In this document: piece after piece, positions 24,158 to 38,530 of the stretch
How positions within the stretch are numbered: the stretch's first letter is position 1
Layout of the letters: every line of letters begins with the position of its first letter
Origin: Phaeosaccion multiseriatum
Lineage: Eukaryota > Protista > Ochrophyta, other classes
NCBI GenBank assembly: GCA_965112735.1
Contig: OZ218961.1
Span: 2,666,001 to 2,730,000 of the forward strand
DNA length: 64,000 nucleotides
Direction of reading: 5' to 3'
Position numbers and translations under genes: made by a program
Notes under the pieces: generated by a model
The model's database searches: none
Told to the model about the DNA's origin: nothing
The model's input: the letters and a program-made list of their open reading frames with translations, nothing else

Positions 24158-25008
24158 AACAACAAGTCGATATCGATTTTCGATATCAACATAAATGTGG
24201 GATAGATATAACGTCTTAAATCTAAATATACTGTGACAAAAAAGAAGAAGAGAAAAGAGGCGGGCGTTGCACGTATATCTGCGCACAATATGCATAACTC
24301 CAATTAATTTGTTATGATTTATGCATAACCCCAATTAATTTGTTACGGTTTTGCTTTCCGCAATCGCAGGCTAAATCTCCTTTGATTATGTGGCGAAAGT
24401 CGCACGTTTTGTCCGTTGTCTGTGACCAATCACACTGAGGATGCTGTAGAGATTCTTTGAAAAACACCTTTGATGAATATACCCCCCTCCCCCCCACCCC
24501 CCCCACCTTCCCTCTCCCTCCCCCACCCATCCTACCAAAACTTATATCACCTCAGTTGATGACTTGTCCCAACCAGCCACAATGCCCCCTCTCCCCCCCC
24601 ATATGTCTATAGCAATTGTGTTAACAATCCCCCCCCCCCAATACCCAATCAATCAATAATCCATCATTCAATCAACCGATCGTGAAATAGTTAACCCCCC
24701 CCCTTCACTCAATTCGTCCTCTCTCTGTGTGCTGATCTGTCCAAAGCCTCCGATGCCCCCAGCACCTCCGCACCTACACCACCCCTCCAACCTCCCTACA
24801 GAGGATCGCACGGGGACTCCCCTCCCCTCCCCTCCCTCTCCCTCTCCTTCTTGCGGCCTCTGTGTGCTTCCTATTGCGCCTCCCGTCATCCGTTCTCTCG
24901 CTGCCTGTCCTCTGCCCCTCCACCCACCTACCCCGACGGACAGTACAGCAGAGTCACTATCACACACTCGAAAAGAGGGGTGAAGCAGTGCATCTCCAAC
25001 AACAACAA

Positions 25009-25046
<38 letters not shown>

Positions 25047-25101
25047 CCGAGTATGGTTGGTATGGGGTGTAGGTGAGGAGTGCATTCACCCTGCCTTCGC
25101 C

Positions 25102-26856
25102 TCAGAAGTACAGGCAGTGCTGCAGCAAAAGAGGATCACCCTGCTGCTGCTGCTGCTGCTGCTGTGGGTCGTCCCGACAAGAAAGCAACTTGTCGTGGTG
25201 CCTTTCGAGGTCGGCAAGACTCTGGTGGAAAAGCCATTGCACCTGGACGAATCCAAAGCAACTCCGTGCCACATTCCGAGTCGTGTCCAGTGGGTCCTGA
25301 GGGAAGAAAGTAGCACAGGATTATTGATTGGGAGGTGGATGTGGGAGTGGGTGTGGGTGTGGGTGCGTGTGTGGAGGGAGGAGATTGACCGGGTGGTAGG
25401 GGAAGGACGAAAGTGTGAGGCGACAAACTCAAAGGGGCAAGGGCGGTGGGAAGGCTCTACTAGACTCGTTCCACTTTGCACTTCACACACACATGCATGC
25501 CGGCTCAAACATACACACACTCGCACAGCACACACATGCACCCACCCACACACTCACACACCCACACTCACTCACCCAAACACACAGAGACACCCACACA
25601 CATACACACACATACTCACCCACACATTCACACCCACACACGCACACCCAAGCACACACCCACACACGCACACCCACGCACGCACGCCCACCCGCCCACC
25701 CGCCCACGCACACACTCACACACATACACACACCCACTCACCCACCCACCCACCCACACACACACACACACTCACCTCAATGACGATTGCCTCGCTGATG
25801 GGGCTGCCCGTAACGGGGTCGATCTTGGTGGCCACAGGGAAGGGGTTGTTTAAGCGGCCTCTGCCCAAAGAGATGCCCAAGTTCCGAGGGTCGAATCTCC
25901 GCCCGTAATACTCCAGAAAGCGCACCAACACCTCGCCTGTTGGTGTTGGAAGGGAAGGAAGGAAGGAAGGAAGGGAGGGAAGGGCAAGTAGAAGGAAGAG
26001 AGGAACAAATAAAGCGAAAGAAAAGAGGGTGTGGCGTGAGGGGGAGAAGGAAGTGTGAAGGTTAGTATGATTGCCTTTCACTCAGTCGAAAGGCAAAGAC
26101 AGGAGGAACGAGGAAAAGGCTATGGACGCACACCCCTCTCCCTCCTCCCACCCACCCACTGACTCACTGACTCCCTCCCTCCCTCCCTCTGTCCGCACCC
26201 ACCCACTGACTCCCTCCCTCCCCACCGACCCTCTGACTTACTGACTCCTTCCCTCACTCACTCACTCACTGACTCAAATGACTCACCCGTGGACATGTCG
26301 GAAATATCTTCTCGCTCGAGCTCACTCTCTGTCACTCCCAAACCCCTCAGCTCGTGAGCATTGGGTGCGCATCCCCAAAGGAAGCCCCCCCCGGCCGCAG
26401 CCACTGCAGCAGCAGCTCCCGCCGCCGCCGCCGCAGCAGCCGCCGCCGCAGCCGCAGCAGTAGCAGCCTCCCTCGCCGCGGCAGCAGCCCCCCCAGTCGT
26501 ACTACCGCTGCCACTCGAGCTACTCACATCCCTTACCTCCCTCCCTCCTCCTCCTCCTCCTCCTCCGTTACTGGGCTCCACACTTGTGGAAGATGCGTTG
26601 CTTGCAATGCTACCGCTTCGTGGGTGTTGGTGGAGGTGTTGGTACTGGTGGTGTTGCTGCTGAGCCTGCGCCAGCTTGCGGTTTCGAACCCGCTCCAGCT
26701 CCACTTGCTGCAGCATTGTGATCATGAGGTTGATGAGGGAGTAGCTGCTAAGCCCTCCTGACCATGGCTGATTGAGTCCGCGCTGGCACAAGAGCTCTTT
26801 GAGCACGAGCACAGCAGGCAGTGCAAAGGAGTACTTGCCCTCCTGAGATGGAGAGA

Positions 26857-26905
<49 letters not shown>

Positions 26906-29900
26906 GAGGGAGAGAGAGAGAGGGAGAGAGAGAGGTGAGAGAGAGAGAGAGAGGGAGGGAGAGAAGAGAGAGAGAGCGAGAGAGAGAGAGAGAGGTGAGA
27001 GGGAGAGAGAGGGAGGGAGAGAGAGACAGGGACGGAGAAAGAGAGGGAGGGAGAGGGAGGGACAGACAGTGGGAGGGAGAGAGAGGGAGAGAGGGGGGAG
27101 GAGGGGGGTAGAGAGAACAGAGAGAAAGGGAAAGGAGTGGGAGGAAAGAGTGCGTGAGAGAAGAAAACAGGCACGACCCCTCGATTAAGAAGCATCTACT
27201 GTTGTCAAGCCGAACCACTTAGTCCTGACACTGCCCATTTCGAAAACGTTTCAAAAGTCTCTACCGCTCCACATTGTTGCGAACCTTTCTTTCTTTCTTT
27301 CCAACCCTTCATAACCCACCCACCGCCCCAAGTCCCTTAAGGCAGATCCATTCTCACCCCCCCCTAATACGGACCTCTCGCCCGAAGAGAGAAACTCACC
27401 TGCACCGACTCTCTAACCCACTTGCTGCTCGCAATGCCTCCATGGTGCGGACTTTCAAAGCTAATGTCCAGAGGGATGAAGTCCAGACCTCCTCCTCCTC
27501 CCCTCCATACGTCCAACTCGCTGTCCTCTGAAGCTTCAAAGGGGCCCTCCTGCTGCTGTTGATGGGCCTGGTTCGGCTGATGAGGAGGAGGGGGGGGCGG
27601 TGGGGGAGGAGGAAGCTGCTGTTGTACCTGGCCCACGACAGGCGCCTTCTCTTGCTCAGTCGGTGGGTCAGAAGCTCCTGCGGCACTTGCGCTTGACTCC
27701 GCCGTGGAGGCTGTTGCTGTATCACCAACTGCTGCTGCTGCTGCTGCTGCTGCTTCTCCGTCCGCGGCCGTAGCCTTAGGGACACTCTCTTCCCCTTCAT
27801 CTACTGCCGCTGTATCACCAGCTGCCGCCTCCGCTTCATTCTCATCCGCAACAGCCGCGGCCTCCGCATCTGCATTACCGTCTTCTTCCCCGTCCCCGCT
27901 GTTGGCCCCGTTGTCACGGTCTCCTTCCTCACTGCCACCACTACTACCGCCGCTGCTGCTGTTGCTGTTGCTCTTGACAGTGGTAGTCGGCGCGTTGATC
28001 GGCTGCTTCTTGCTTGCATATGGGTCCGCCTTGAGCGCAGCAGCAGCCGCCGCAGCAGCCGTAGCAGCCTTAGCCGGGCTGCTACTGCTGGCAACGTCCA
28101 CATTGTCTCCCTCCCCAGCCACCACCGGACCAGCCCCTGACGGGTCCGCCGTAATCTTTATCACGGGCACCGCCGCTGTATCGATGGCCTTCATCTGCCT
28201 CACCCACGGGCGGTTGCGCATGGCATTTGCCAGCGTTTGCAGGTTGGCCACCGTCAGCTGAGCATTGTAGGGCGGCTGGGCCGGGTCAACCGCAACTGCA
28301 ACTCCAGCCACACCTCCAAGGCCACCGGCTCTCGCACCAATGGCTCCTCCTCTCTGCGTGGACGAGAAGGTGTGCCCTCCCCCTGCGCTCGCTCCTGCAG
28401 ACTGCCCGTACTGGTAGCTCGTGCCTCCAATGCCGCACACCACCACATCAACGTCTGAGCTGGGCAGCTCCAGGCCGGTGTAGCAGGAGCCGTACATCTC
28501 TACGCGCGCCTCTGCCCATATGCCTGCCACGAGCTCTCGCACGCGGGTCATAACCTTGGTCCAGGCACGGCGGCGCGGTCTCATGGCCTGTGTGTTGTTG
28601 TGCGGTTGATGCGCACACATAGAGGACAAAGAGAGATGTAGGGAAGAGAGAGAGAGTGAGAGAGGGAGGAGAGGAGAAAGAGAAAAGAGAGGGAGAGAAA
28701 GGAACGAAAGAGAAAGGATAGAGAGAGAGACAGACAGGAAGAGGGAAGAGAAGGGGAGACACAGAAGAGGAAGAGGGGAGAAGCGAGAGCGATACGGGGT
28801 TTGTATATGAGAGAGAGAGAGAGAGTGGAACCTTGTAGAGAAGAGGAAGAGTTCAGAGAAGGAACGTCCCTTTCATTTCCCTCCCAAGCCCTCTAACGCA
28901 AGCCCTCCTCCTCCTCCTCCTCCTTCCAACGTACCTTGTCAAGCTTGTCCATGAACTTCTTAATGTCCCTGGTCAGCTGCTCCTCCATGAGAATGATCTC
29001 TTCTGTAACCGCCACCATCATGCCGCCACCATCTTGCCCTGCCGCCCCACTCGCCATCCCACCACCATCGTCGCTATAGCCCCCGCCTATGGAACCTCCC
29101 CCCCCCCCCATCCCATCTCCTCTGCCTCCTCCCTCCCCTCCTCCCATCAGCTGGTGCTGATGGCTGCTCGAGTGGGCAGGGGACGGTCCGGTGACTCGAC
29201 TATTGAAGCCTTGAACGTGGCTGAGATGAGGGGGAAGCACCCCATAGGAGTTGTGATGTTGGTGGTGATGCTGTTGCTGCTGATGGTGATGATGCTGCTG
29301 CTGCTGCTGCTGCTGTTGCTGTTGAACTTGGTGTGGGTGTTGGTGATGGCTGTAATGCCCACCCTGTCCCTGTCCCCCCTGCTGTTGGTGGTGTTGCTGC
29401 GGCGGTGACATCAATCCGTTGCGCTGGTGTGGAGAGGTACTACTCATCTGATGCTGATGCTGCTGCTGCTGATAATGATGTGGGCTATGCTGCTGCTGTT
29501 GGACATGGTGGTGGTACTGCATAGGGTGGCCTCCATGGGACCCCTCGTACCCATTGCTGCTCCCGTGACCGCCTCTTGCCCCCTCTCCACCCCCTCCTCC
29601 TCCAGGGCTAGGGTTCCACTGTCCGTGATTCCTGCCCCCACCCCCCGCGTGATGGGCGGCGGTCTGTCCGTGCTGAGGCGGATGTGGAGGGTACTGCTGG
29701 TGTGAAGGCAAGCCATTCGGACTGCTGCTACTAACGCCGGTGCTGTGAGACGTATGGCCACCATGACCACTGCCACCGCGCCCCTGTCCCTGTGCTTGGC
29801 TGCTGTTGGAGCCATTCGCCCAAGCAGACTTGGGAAGCATCATCGGCACAAAAGAAAGCGACGGAGGCACTCCTCCTCGTCCGCCGCCTCCGCCTCCTCC

Positions 29901-32900
29901 TCCTGCTGCTGCTGGTCCTCCTGATCCTCTCCCGGACTCGCTCTCACCTCTCGTACTCACGCGCATGGAGGCCGCCGACTCTGCTCCTCCCTCCGCCCCT
30001 GTGGCTCCTCCTTCGCCCCCTGCTCCGGACTTGCTCCCAACGCTGGCAGTGCTGGTGGTGCTGGCCGCAGCGGTGCTGCTTGTGGCTGGGCTGGTGGGGA
30101 TGGACTCGGACATTGCCTGCTGAACACCCTCTGCAGCACTACTACCACCGCCAGTGCTACTGCAACTAGCGCCGCGTGGCCTTTTGTGCTCCTCTCCCTG
30201 CTGCAGCTGCTGTACCACCAACTGCTCCTCCTGGTGGTGCTGCTGCTGGTGCTTGGCGGCGCTGACGCCACTACCACTCGCTTTCTTCCCTCCGTCTCCC
30301 GCTGCTGAGCCCCCTCCTGGCTTGGTACCGCTCGAAGGGTACTGCGAAGAGGTAGAAGATGAGGCTGAGGCTGAAGACGGCGGCTTTCCGGCTCGACCTT
30401 TCCCACCCCCATCCTCCAAAGCTTCAAAATGATGCTGCTGGTGCTGCTGCTGGCGATGACGTTCGCGCTCGGCAGCTTTGTGCAGCCCCCCTGGGATTTG
30501 GCCACGTGGCCACTTCTTATCGATACCCGTGTCACTACTTGCACCGTTGTTACCAACACCCCCTCGAGCCCTGCTGCTGCTGCTGCTGCTCCCTCCTGTG
30601 GGGGAACGAGACGGAGGTCGGAAGCCCTCGTCCATGCTGCTTCTCCCTCCTCCCGACTGAGGGCCGTCGCCTCCTCTCCCCCCCTCCGCCGTGCTACCTT
30701 CGCCGCTGGCCGCAGCGGAAGATGTTGTCGACGGATGGTGAGCAACAACAGGAGTAGCAGTCTTGACGCGAAGCAAGGCAGCCGCGTTACTCCCTCGACC
30801 CCACGCAGGAATTGCTTTACCACCGCCATTTGACGGGGCAGCAGCCGCTGCAGAGGCGGCCGTGGCAGTCGAACCCGCCGAGGTCGCCTCCGCGGCTGGC
30901 GTCGCACCGCTGCTATTGGTGCCACTCTTGCCACCAGTGCTGCTGCTGCTGCTGCTGCTGCTGCCGCTCCTCGCCGCCGCAGCAGAAGAGTCGGGCGCGT
31001 CCTTACGACTGGCGTCTGTACCTCCTTGCTCCTGTCCGCCCTCTCCTCCTCCTCCTCTTCCCCCGGGCGCACTTGACGGATTGGTTGCTGCCGCCGCTGC
31101 TGCATCACCAACTGCTCCTGCTACGGCTACTGATGCCGCCGCTACTGCTGCTGCTGGTGGTGCTGGCGGCGCAGGTGGTACCGGCGGCGTAGGCGTCGCA
31201 GCGGACCCTCCTCCCGCATCTTGGCCTGCCGCACCACCTCCTGCCGCACTCGAGCTCTTCCCACCGCCACGCAGAATATCAGCGAAAGACCGCGGCGGTT
31301 TAGGCGGAGCACCTCCTCCTCCTCCTCCTCCTCCTCCGCGGCCTCCAGAGATGGACTTGGCACCCCAAGCCGAGGGAGGTGAGGCCTTGGTCGAGGCTGC
31401 TGCGGCCTTGTCGCCTTTGGCAGCTCCAGCAGAAGAAGTGGCACTATCCTTGACTTCCGAGGAGGGTTGCTGAGAAGAACGCTTACCCTTCAAGAGTACA
31501 TCCGCGAAGGAGGACGCCCCTCGCGAAGAGGAAGAGGAAGACGCCTGGGGTGGTACTGCTCCTGTTGCTCGAGACGCCGACGAAGCACCCGCACCACCTC
31601 CTGCACCACCTCCGGCGGCGTTGGCAGAAGAGTGGGAAGAAGAATAAGAAGTAGAGTCCGTTCCTTTCTTCTTGCTGTTTGTGATGCCGCTGCTGTAACT
31701 ACTCCCACTTCGGAAGTCGCGATCGTTGTCCTTCTCCCAGTGGTGATTCCGATCAGAGTTCCCACCACCAGTCCTTCCTGAAGAGGAGTCACCCCCCCCA
31801 TTGCTGCTGCTGCTGCTGCTGCCCCACGGCGCCTTCCGTCTCTCCGTCGGCTGCCGATCCCTGTCTCTGTCTCTGTCCCGGTCCCTGCCCTCCCGCGTCT
31901 TGGTGCTATCCCCTTCTCCCTTGCCCTTGCCGCGCTGCTTCTTGCTATTGCTATGATGATAGGGGTCCCCCCTGGACGCCCCGTCCTTTCCCCCCTCCTT
32001 GCTATTATTATTCGTCCCCCCCCCGCCGCCCGCACCATCCTTGTCTTTCCGTTTGCTCTTCTTCTTGCTCACCACTTCGCCCCAGCCTTCGTCAGCAGGG
32101 TCTGTCGCAGCAGCCGCATCAGAAGCAGCTGCCGCATCAGCATCGTCAGTCGTAGTAGCAGTAGCAGAAGCCCCGATGTTGCTATTGGGTGCACCACCGC
32201 TGCTTTCTGCTGAGTCATCGTTGCCGCTGCCTGCCCCACCCTTCCCATCTTCTTCATACTGTGCCTTCACCGCGCTGGCCCAGGAAAGCGTTCGAGGGCC
32301 CTCCCCGGACACCAAGGACGATGAGGGTGACGAACCTTGCTTGTCTCCCCTCTCCTCCCCCTCTCCTCTGTTATCACCTCCTCCACCCCCACCTCCATCT
32401 TCCTCCTTGGTTGATGATGATGATGCTGATGATGATGACGATGATGATGATGATGATGGTGGTGGTGGATTCGGTGCCACTGCTGCGCTCTCTGCTGCCA
32501 TCGCCGGCATAGATGAGCCAGCGCCAGACAAGTCCGAGAGAGTGCTGCTGCTGCTTACGGCCCGCAACGTCTTCTCCTCGTCGTCACCGGCCCCTCCTCC
32601 TCCTCCCCCCCCTCCCGCGCTACCATCGTCTCTCCGCCCCCCGGGTGCTGGTGTATCACCAACTCGTGCCGGCGCCAAGCCGGTTCCGACCTCAGCGGCC
32701 ACATTGCCGCTTTTATTTTTCTTCTTCTTTTTCTTCTTCTTCCCCTGCTGCTGCGGCGCCTGGTTGTGGCCAACGTGCGCAGTGAGGCGAGGGAGACACA
32801 CAGAAAGCACGAGGTTTTGTGTGAACAGAAGGCGAAACGAAGGAGCAAGCCCATGTGAGAGGCCGGCGAATAAGCGACGAGAGGAGAGGAGGAGCGGGTC

Positions 32901-33073
32901 GGCTCTCCACATACATACATACAGGAGTCCCTTCCGCATAGGCTTCGTGGGTCAGAACGCACGCAGCGCAACACAAAAGACCCGACATGCGTTTTGACCA
33001 CCCCCCCGCCCCCCCCTACACACTCTCTCTTGTCTCTCACACAGACCCTCTCTCCCTATAATAATACGTACAC

Positions 33074-33106
<33 letters not shown>

Positions 33107-35025
33107 AACAATACACAAGCACAAAAACAATGGAAACACACCTCTTCCTCCACGCGCGCTTGCTTAATGAGGCCGTAAGTCAGCAAGGCTGCCTCGCCTG
33201 AGTCAGCCAAGACCCAGGCCTCGGGGGGGAAGGCCAAGCGGCACGGCAGCGAAGACGACGCGGAGCTCTCCTCGAGTTCCATTCGCCACGCTTCCGCCTT
33301 TTTGTTGTTGGACAAGCGCAGCGCAGGCAAGCACACGCACACACACATACACGCCCAGAGACACAAGGAGAAGGGCAAAGCGTCAGGAGGAGGAGGGTCA
33401 GGAGGAGGAGAAGCAAGGCACACGGAGAGAGATGCGGGGTGAATTCGGCTTGCTGTTGGTCAATTCTACTTTTGCTGTACCTGTGGCACGCTTGCTACGA
33501 GCTCTTGTTGCCGCTCCGCGCTTAGCTTGCTCCAGTACTCCTGGTGAGCAGGACCGGGGGGTAGCGTATGAGGAGAGGGGGTATGTAGATAGGTAAGTGG
33601 GTACGTACGTAGGTACGTAGGTGCGTAGATAGGTTGGTGAGGGTTCACTACTGGCCATCAAAGGGCATTTCAAGTCCCTCAGACAGAGTGTTCATACTCA
33701 AAACGAAACGAAACCGCCAGACTTCTGAATCCCTTCAGGTCACGTCCAATACTCAAGCCATTGTAAGGTCTCCAACACTCCAACACGCAACACTCAGGCT
33801 CAGGTGTCAGGGCGGGCCGAACACAGACAACACACTCTCTCTTCCCTACACGTCACTTCAATTCGGGTGAAGTGACGTACCTCCAATTCGTGGGCCTCCT
33901 TAAACAAGTCGCCCAAAGACGTCCCACTGCTGGAGGAGGACGGAGAGACTGACATAGTGGTGCCATTCAGCCCTCCGGGTCCCTGGTGCCCTTGTCCCTG
34001 TCCCTGCCGCTGCTCTACCGCCTCTCCTCCTCCTCCTCCTCCTCCTCCTCCTCCCGCTGATTGGAGTCCCCCCTGCCCTTTCCAGTAAGCGCCCCAAAGA
34101 GAGAGCTCCACGCGGCTGACTAAAAATGCCCGCGCGGAAACGGGGTAGCTTCGACGGAGCCAATCTGTCGTCGCACTATTGAGCCGCGCAACTGCTGCTG
34201 CGACTCCTTCGTCGCTGCCCTCCACACCCATCATGCGTGATCGGTCCTCTGACAGGGGTTCGCTGAGGAAGCCGTACCTGGCACACCCCCCGTTACGCCG
34301 CCCTCCTCCTCCTCCTTCTCCTCCCGCCGATACGCAGTCCTCCGCGCTGCCGCTGCTGCCTACGCTGCCGGCGCGCTTTCTTCTACGTTTCTTCCCTCCC
34401 CCTCCTCCTCCTCCTCCTCCTCCTGCTCCCTCCATGTCCACCCCCTCCCCTCGTCCTCCTCCCCCTTCTCCTTCTCCTCCTCCTCTCTCCAGCTGTTGTG
34501 GCACCTCTGTACACAGCCGCATGAGCTCTAGCGCTTCATGCGGGGTCGATAAAAACTCCTCGCTAAACGTGAGCGTATCCATAGGACTGCGGATGCTACA
34601 GAATCGCACCGCCTCCTGCAGAGCTCTACAGGCTGCAAGCTCCTGTGTCCCACCACCACCAGCCTCCTCCTCCTCCTGGCCTTCGTTGGTACCTGACGAC
34701 ACTCGTTCAATAGACTGTGCGCAGATCCCCGCGACAAAATCAGCAGCGGACACAGCAGGAACCAACGAGCAGGACGGCGACGTCGAATCGCCACCCTCCT
34801 TTGCGTCTGCTGTTGCTCTTGATGCCAACTCTCCACCTCCATCATCGCCTCCTCCTCCGCCTCCCCTACCCCCCCTCCCTCCTGCCACACCACTACTACC
34901 CCCCGAGGTGACCCCGCCGGGAGGTGCCGCATCACCCGACGCGGCCTCGCCTGCTCTTCTTTTGGCCTTGTTCTCTGGTTGCTTTTCCGTCACACCCTTT
35001 CCAAGGGCCCCTGTTTCGGCACCGA

Positions 35026-35059
<34 letters not shown>

Positions 35060-35666
35060 GTTCATCGAACTGTGATCTACACCACCGCCTGCTTTCCTTC
35101 CTCCTCCCCCCCCTCCTCCTCCTCCTCCTCCTCCCTTGGCGCGCTCCCTCTGCTTCTCCACCACTCGCTCGTGAAGCTGCTGGACGTAGTTCTCCTCAAA
35201 CAACGAGCAGCCTGTGTGCATCAACATGGGGGCGGACGCACATGTGCCAAAACAGAAACGGTGCGGATGAGGGTAGAGCAGAGGCAAAAGACAAAAGGTA
35301 GCGACGCTTCTCACGCAACTACAAACAACAAGACAAAAAGAATAAAAAAAAGCATCACCTCTCCATCGCCTCTCCCTGTCTCCTGCAGGGCGTCAGCCCC
35401 ATCCTCCCCCCCTCCCTCTCTCTTACCCTTATGCTTTTTCCTCGCCTTCCTCTCCTTCCGCTGGAGGGAGGAGTAGGTCTGGATCCAGAGCTGGTCCTTC
35501 ACAGCAACGGCCTCCAGGCGCTCTCCTGCAGAGAGATTACAGAACCACTCCACAAGGTCCTGTGTGACGTCATCACGATGCCAACCGTATCTGTAGACAG
35601 ATGGACAGGAGGGCGCGTGCGTGCGTTGAGGGTGTGAGGGGTGTGGCCACACAAGGGTGTCAGGTC

Positions 35667-35723
<57 letters not shown>

Positions 35724-35894
35724 GGAGGCAAGAAGGCGAGGCAGGAAGAAAGGCCACAAAGGACACCCGGGTTGAGAGGGGGTGTCGCGGCCAAATATCC
35801 AAAGGGTGAGTTAGACCTCCACTCTTTCTCACCTGCGGCCAGTCCTGCTCATGAAAGCCGGTCTGGGCGCCGAGGTGCTGCTAGATGCAGGCAT
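25102..35894 (-). CDS. Very large non-canonical poly(A) polymerase / terminal nucleotidyltransferase (Trf4/PAPD5-like), ~10 exons, with a long low-complexity N-terminal half
   Basis: Catalytic YGSCYTGLELPSSDVDVVV (GS-x10-DxD), AVPVIK, LDISF, LVLKELLCQRGLNQPWSGGLSSYSL, FLEYYG..FD, and PAP-associated IVIE|DPLDTTRNVARSCF. Stop TGA at 25104-25102. The start at 35894 is inferred from the phase-2 splice into RYGWHRDD. Confidence 0.82.
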
Positions 35895-37210
35895 GGCGCG
35901 TCCCGTCCCGCCTCTGACTTTTGGCCCTTCTCTGCAGCAGCTACTGCTGCTACGACTGCTCACTACCTCTAGCGTAGCAGCTGATAGCTGCTTGGCGCCG
36001 CTCGACGAACGTATCGCCAGTGTCCTTCTCCGGTGCTGCTGCTTCCACTGCTGCGAAAGACGGGACTACGCTGAGTGTGCTGAGGGGTGGGACGTTAGAA
36101 ACGACCCACCCTCGGCGAAAGTCTTGCAGATTCCCCTCCCTAACCTCACTCCCAACAGGAGGTCGAGCCTGGGTATGAATGGTGGGGGAAGGTGTGGACA
36201 AAGAAAAACAACATGAGCTTGACTGGCAAGGGCAGAGGGGCCAGATTGGGAGATCCACGACCGACCGCCAGCACGTCTCTAGGGACGAGAGGGCTCCCAG
36301 GGTCTAAGAGCAGTCAATCACTCACCCAGCCCAGTCAAACAAAAGGGACAAAATGGACCCGTCATGAAATAAACACTCTCTCATGTGTACACGACCTCCA
36401 CCTGCCACCTCCACCTGAGAAGCACCACACCTCTCAGCACCCTTCCCACCCAAGCACACCCTTCTCCCTCTCCTCCTCTTGTATCTGGGGGGGGGGTAAG
36501 GCACCGCGACCCATATTGCTCGCTCACCTGTGATACCTCCCTGGGAATGGACACGGCCTTCCCCAGATGGAAATTTTCCGGAGGAGACCAATAGCAGCAG
36601 CGCCTTCTACTACTGGGTCCTCCTCCTCTTCCCCAACCCGTCTAACTCCTCCCACTCTTGGGCTCTGAACGAGCTCACAGGAGAGGGAGGCATGTGCCCC
36701 CCGGGGGACAGAAATTTAAATGCAAATTCTCCCCCCCGACACCTTGCCTCGAATCCGGCATGTTTGGGCCTCTTTCTTTTTCATTAAGTACCTTTGATTT
36801 GCATTCTGGCTAATATTAGACGTGAATAGCTGGTAGCGTACCGGCTTGGCGCCGGCAATAGCTGATAGGCGCCGGCCAAAGTGGCCCTTGCCTGCCCTGC
36901 CCATATGCCTGTCGCTTCCCTGCTCGTATACCTTTTGCGGGGTTGACGCCAGCGGCTGCGCCAGCGATGGCTGATAGCGTCCAGGCTGACGCGGGGGTGA
37001 TAGAAACAGCTCCAAAGCGCGTCAGGACTCGAATTGGAATAAGAATAAGGTGCTTCATCCGCCCGGGTAAACGTTTGTCAGCCACGCTGGCAAGGACCCA
37101 ATGACCTGCCGGCCAGCCCCCTCACCCGTTGGTTACCAAGCCTCTGCGTGTTAAATAAACGGTTTACGATTGACTTGTTCATGAGAAATGTCGATCGACT
37201 GTGTCCCGTC

Positions 37211-37460
37211 TCCTCCTCCTCCTCCTCCTCCTCCTCCTCCTCCTCCTCCTCCTCCTCCTCCTCCTCCTCCTCCTCCTCCTCCTCCTCCTCCTCCTCCTCC
37301 TCCTCCTCCTCCTCCTCCTCCTCCTCCTCCTCCTCCTCCTCCTCCTCCTCCTCCTCCTCCTCCTCCTCCTCCTCCTCCTCCTCCTCCTCCTCCTCCTCCT
37401 CCTCCTCCTCCTCCTCCTCCTCCTCCTCCTCCTCCTCCTCCTCCTCCTCCTCCTCCTCCT
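37211..37460. repeat. Pure (CCT)n trinucleotide tract, ~83 units, intergenic
   Basis: Directly visible. Confidence 0.95.
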
Positions 37461-37759
37461 GCTGCTGCTGGAGGGGAGAACATGAAGGACGCCCCGGGAA
37501 TGTATGTCTGGGTGTGCGTGCGTGTGGCTGGCTGTGTGTGGTGTGGCAAAATCAGTAGTAAGGGTAGCAAAAGGAATAGAGAGAGAGAGAAAGAGCTACT
37601 GGGAAAGCCAGCGAGCTCGCCAAGGGGAGGACAGGAGAGGGGGGATGCACAAATCTATACTTAAAAGCCATGCCAAGACAACAAGCGCACCTCCTGACAA
37701 GACAAAGGCAGGGGGGAAGTATTCTCCTTCACCATCAGCAGGAGAAGTCCACGCTCAAT

Positions 37760-38240
37760 CACACTCACTCGCTCTCTCACTCCCTCACTCTCTCACTCAC
37801 TCACTCACTCACTCACTCACTCACTCACTCACTCACTCACTCACTCGCTCACTCACTCACTCACTCACACTCACTCACTAGCTCACTCACTCACACTCAT
37901 TCACTTACCCACCATCTCACTCATTCACACTCACTCACTCACTCACTCACTCTCACTCAAACTCTCACTCACTCACTCACTCTCACTCAAACTCTCACTC
38001 ACTCACTCCCTCACTCACTCACACTCACTCACTAGCTCACTCACTCACAACTCACTCACTCATTCTCACTCAAACTCTCATTAGCTCACTCACTCACACT
38101 CACCCTCTCACTCACTCGCTCACTCACTCACTCACTCACTCGCTCCCTCCCTCCCTCCCTCACTCACTCTCACTCACTCACACTCTCACTCACTCACTCA
38201 CTCACTCACTCACTCACTCTCACTAACTAACTCACTCACC
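37760..38240. repeat. (CACT)n tetranucleotide-rich tract, ~480 bp, imperfect
   Basis: Directly visible. Confidence 0.9.
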
Positions 38241-38530
38241 AGTTTCTCCCTGCTTCGCGTGCTGTGTTGTGATTTCCACAACAACAAAAAGCGCGTCGCT
38301 GTGAACAACCCTGAGACCCTGAGATGCTGGAGCACCAACGGGGATAGTTGCGCCCTCGAGGATGCTTAATTAATTAAAGACACAGCACAGAGGGAAAGGG
38401 GGGAATAGACGAATAGATGAATAGATAGAGTGACGAGATAAAGAGCTCGGAAAGGGGGAGAAAGAGAGCGAGGGAGAGAGGGAGAGAACATCCCGGCCCA
38501 GGGCTTGGGGGGGGGGAACAACTCTAGCCT

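Noticed and set aside
37148-37664. Poly-Ser/Pro/Gly/Leu ORFs
   Set aside because: Translations of the (CCT)n microsatellite.
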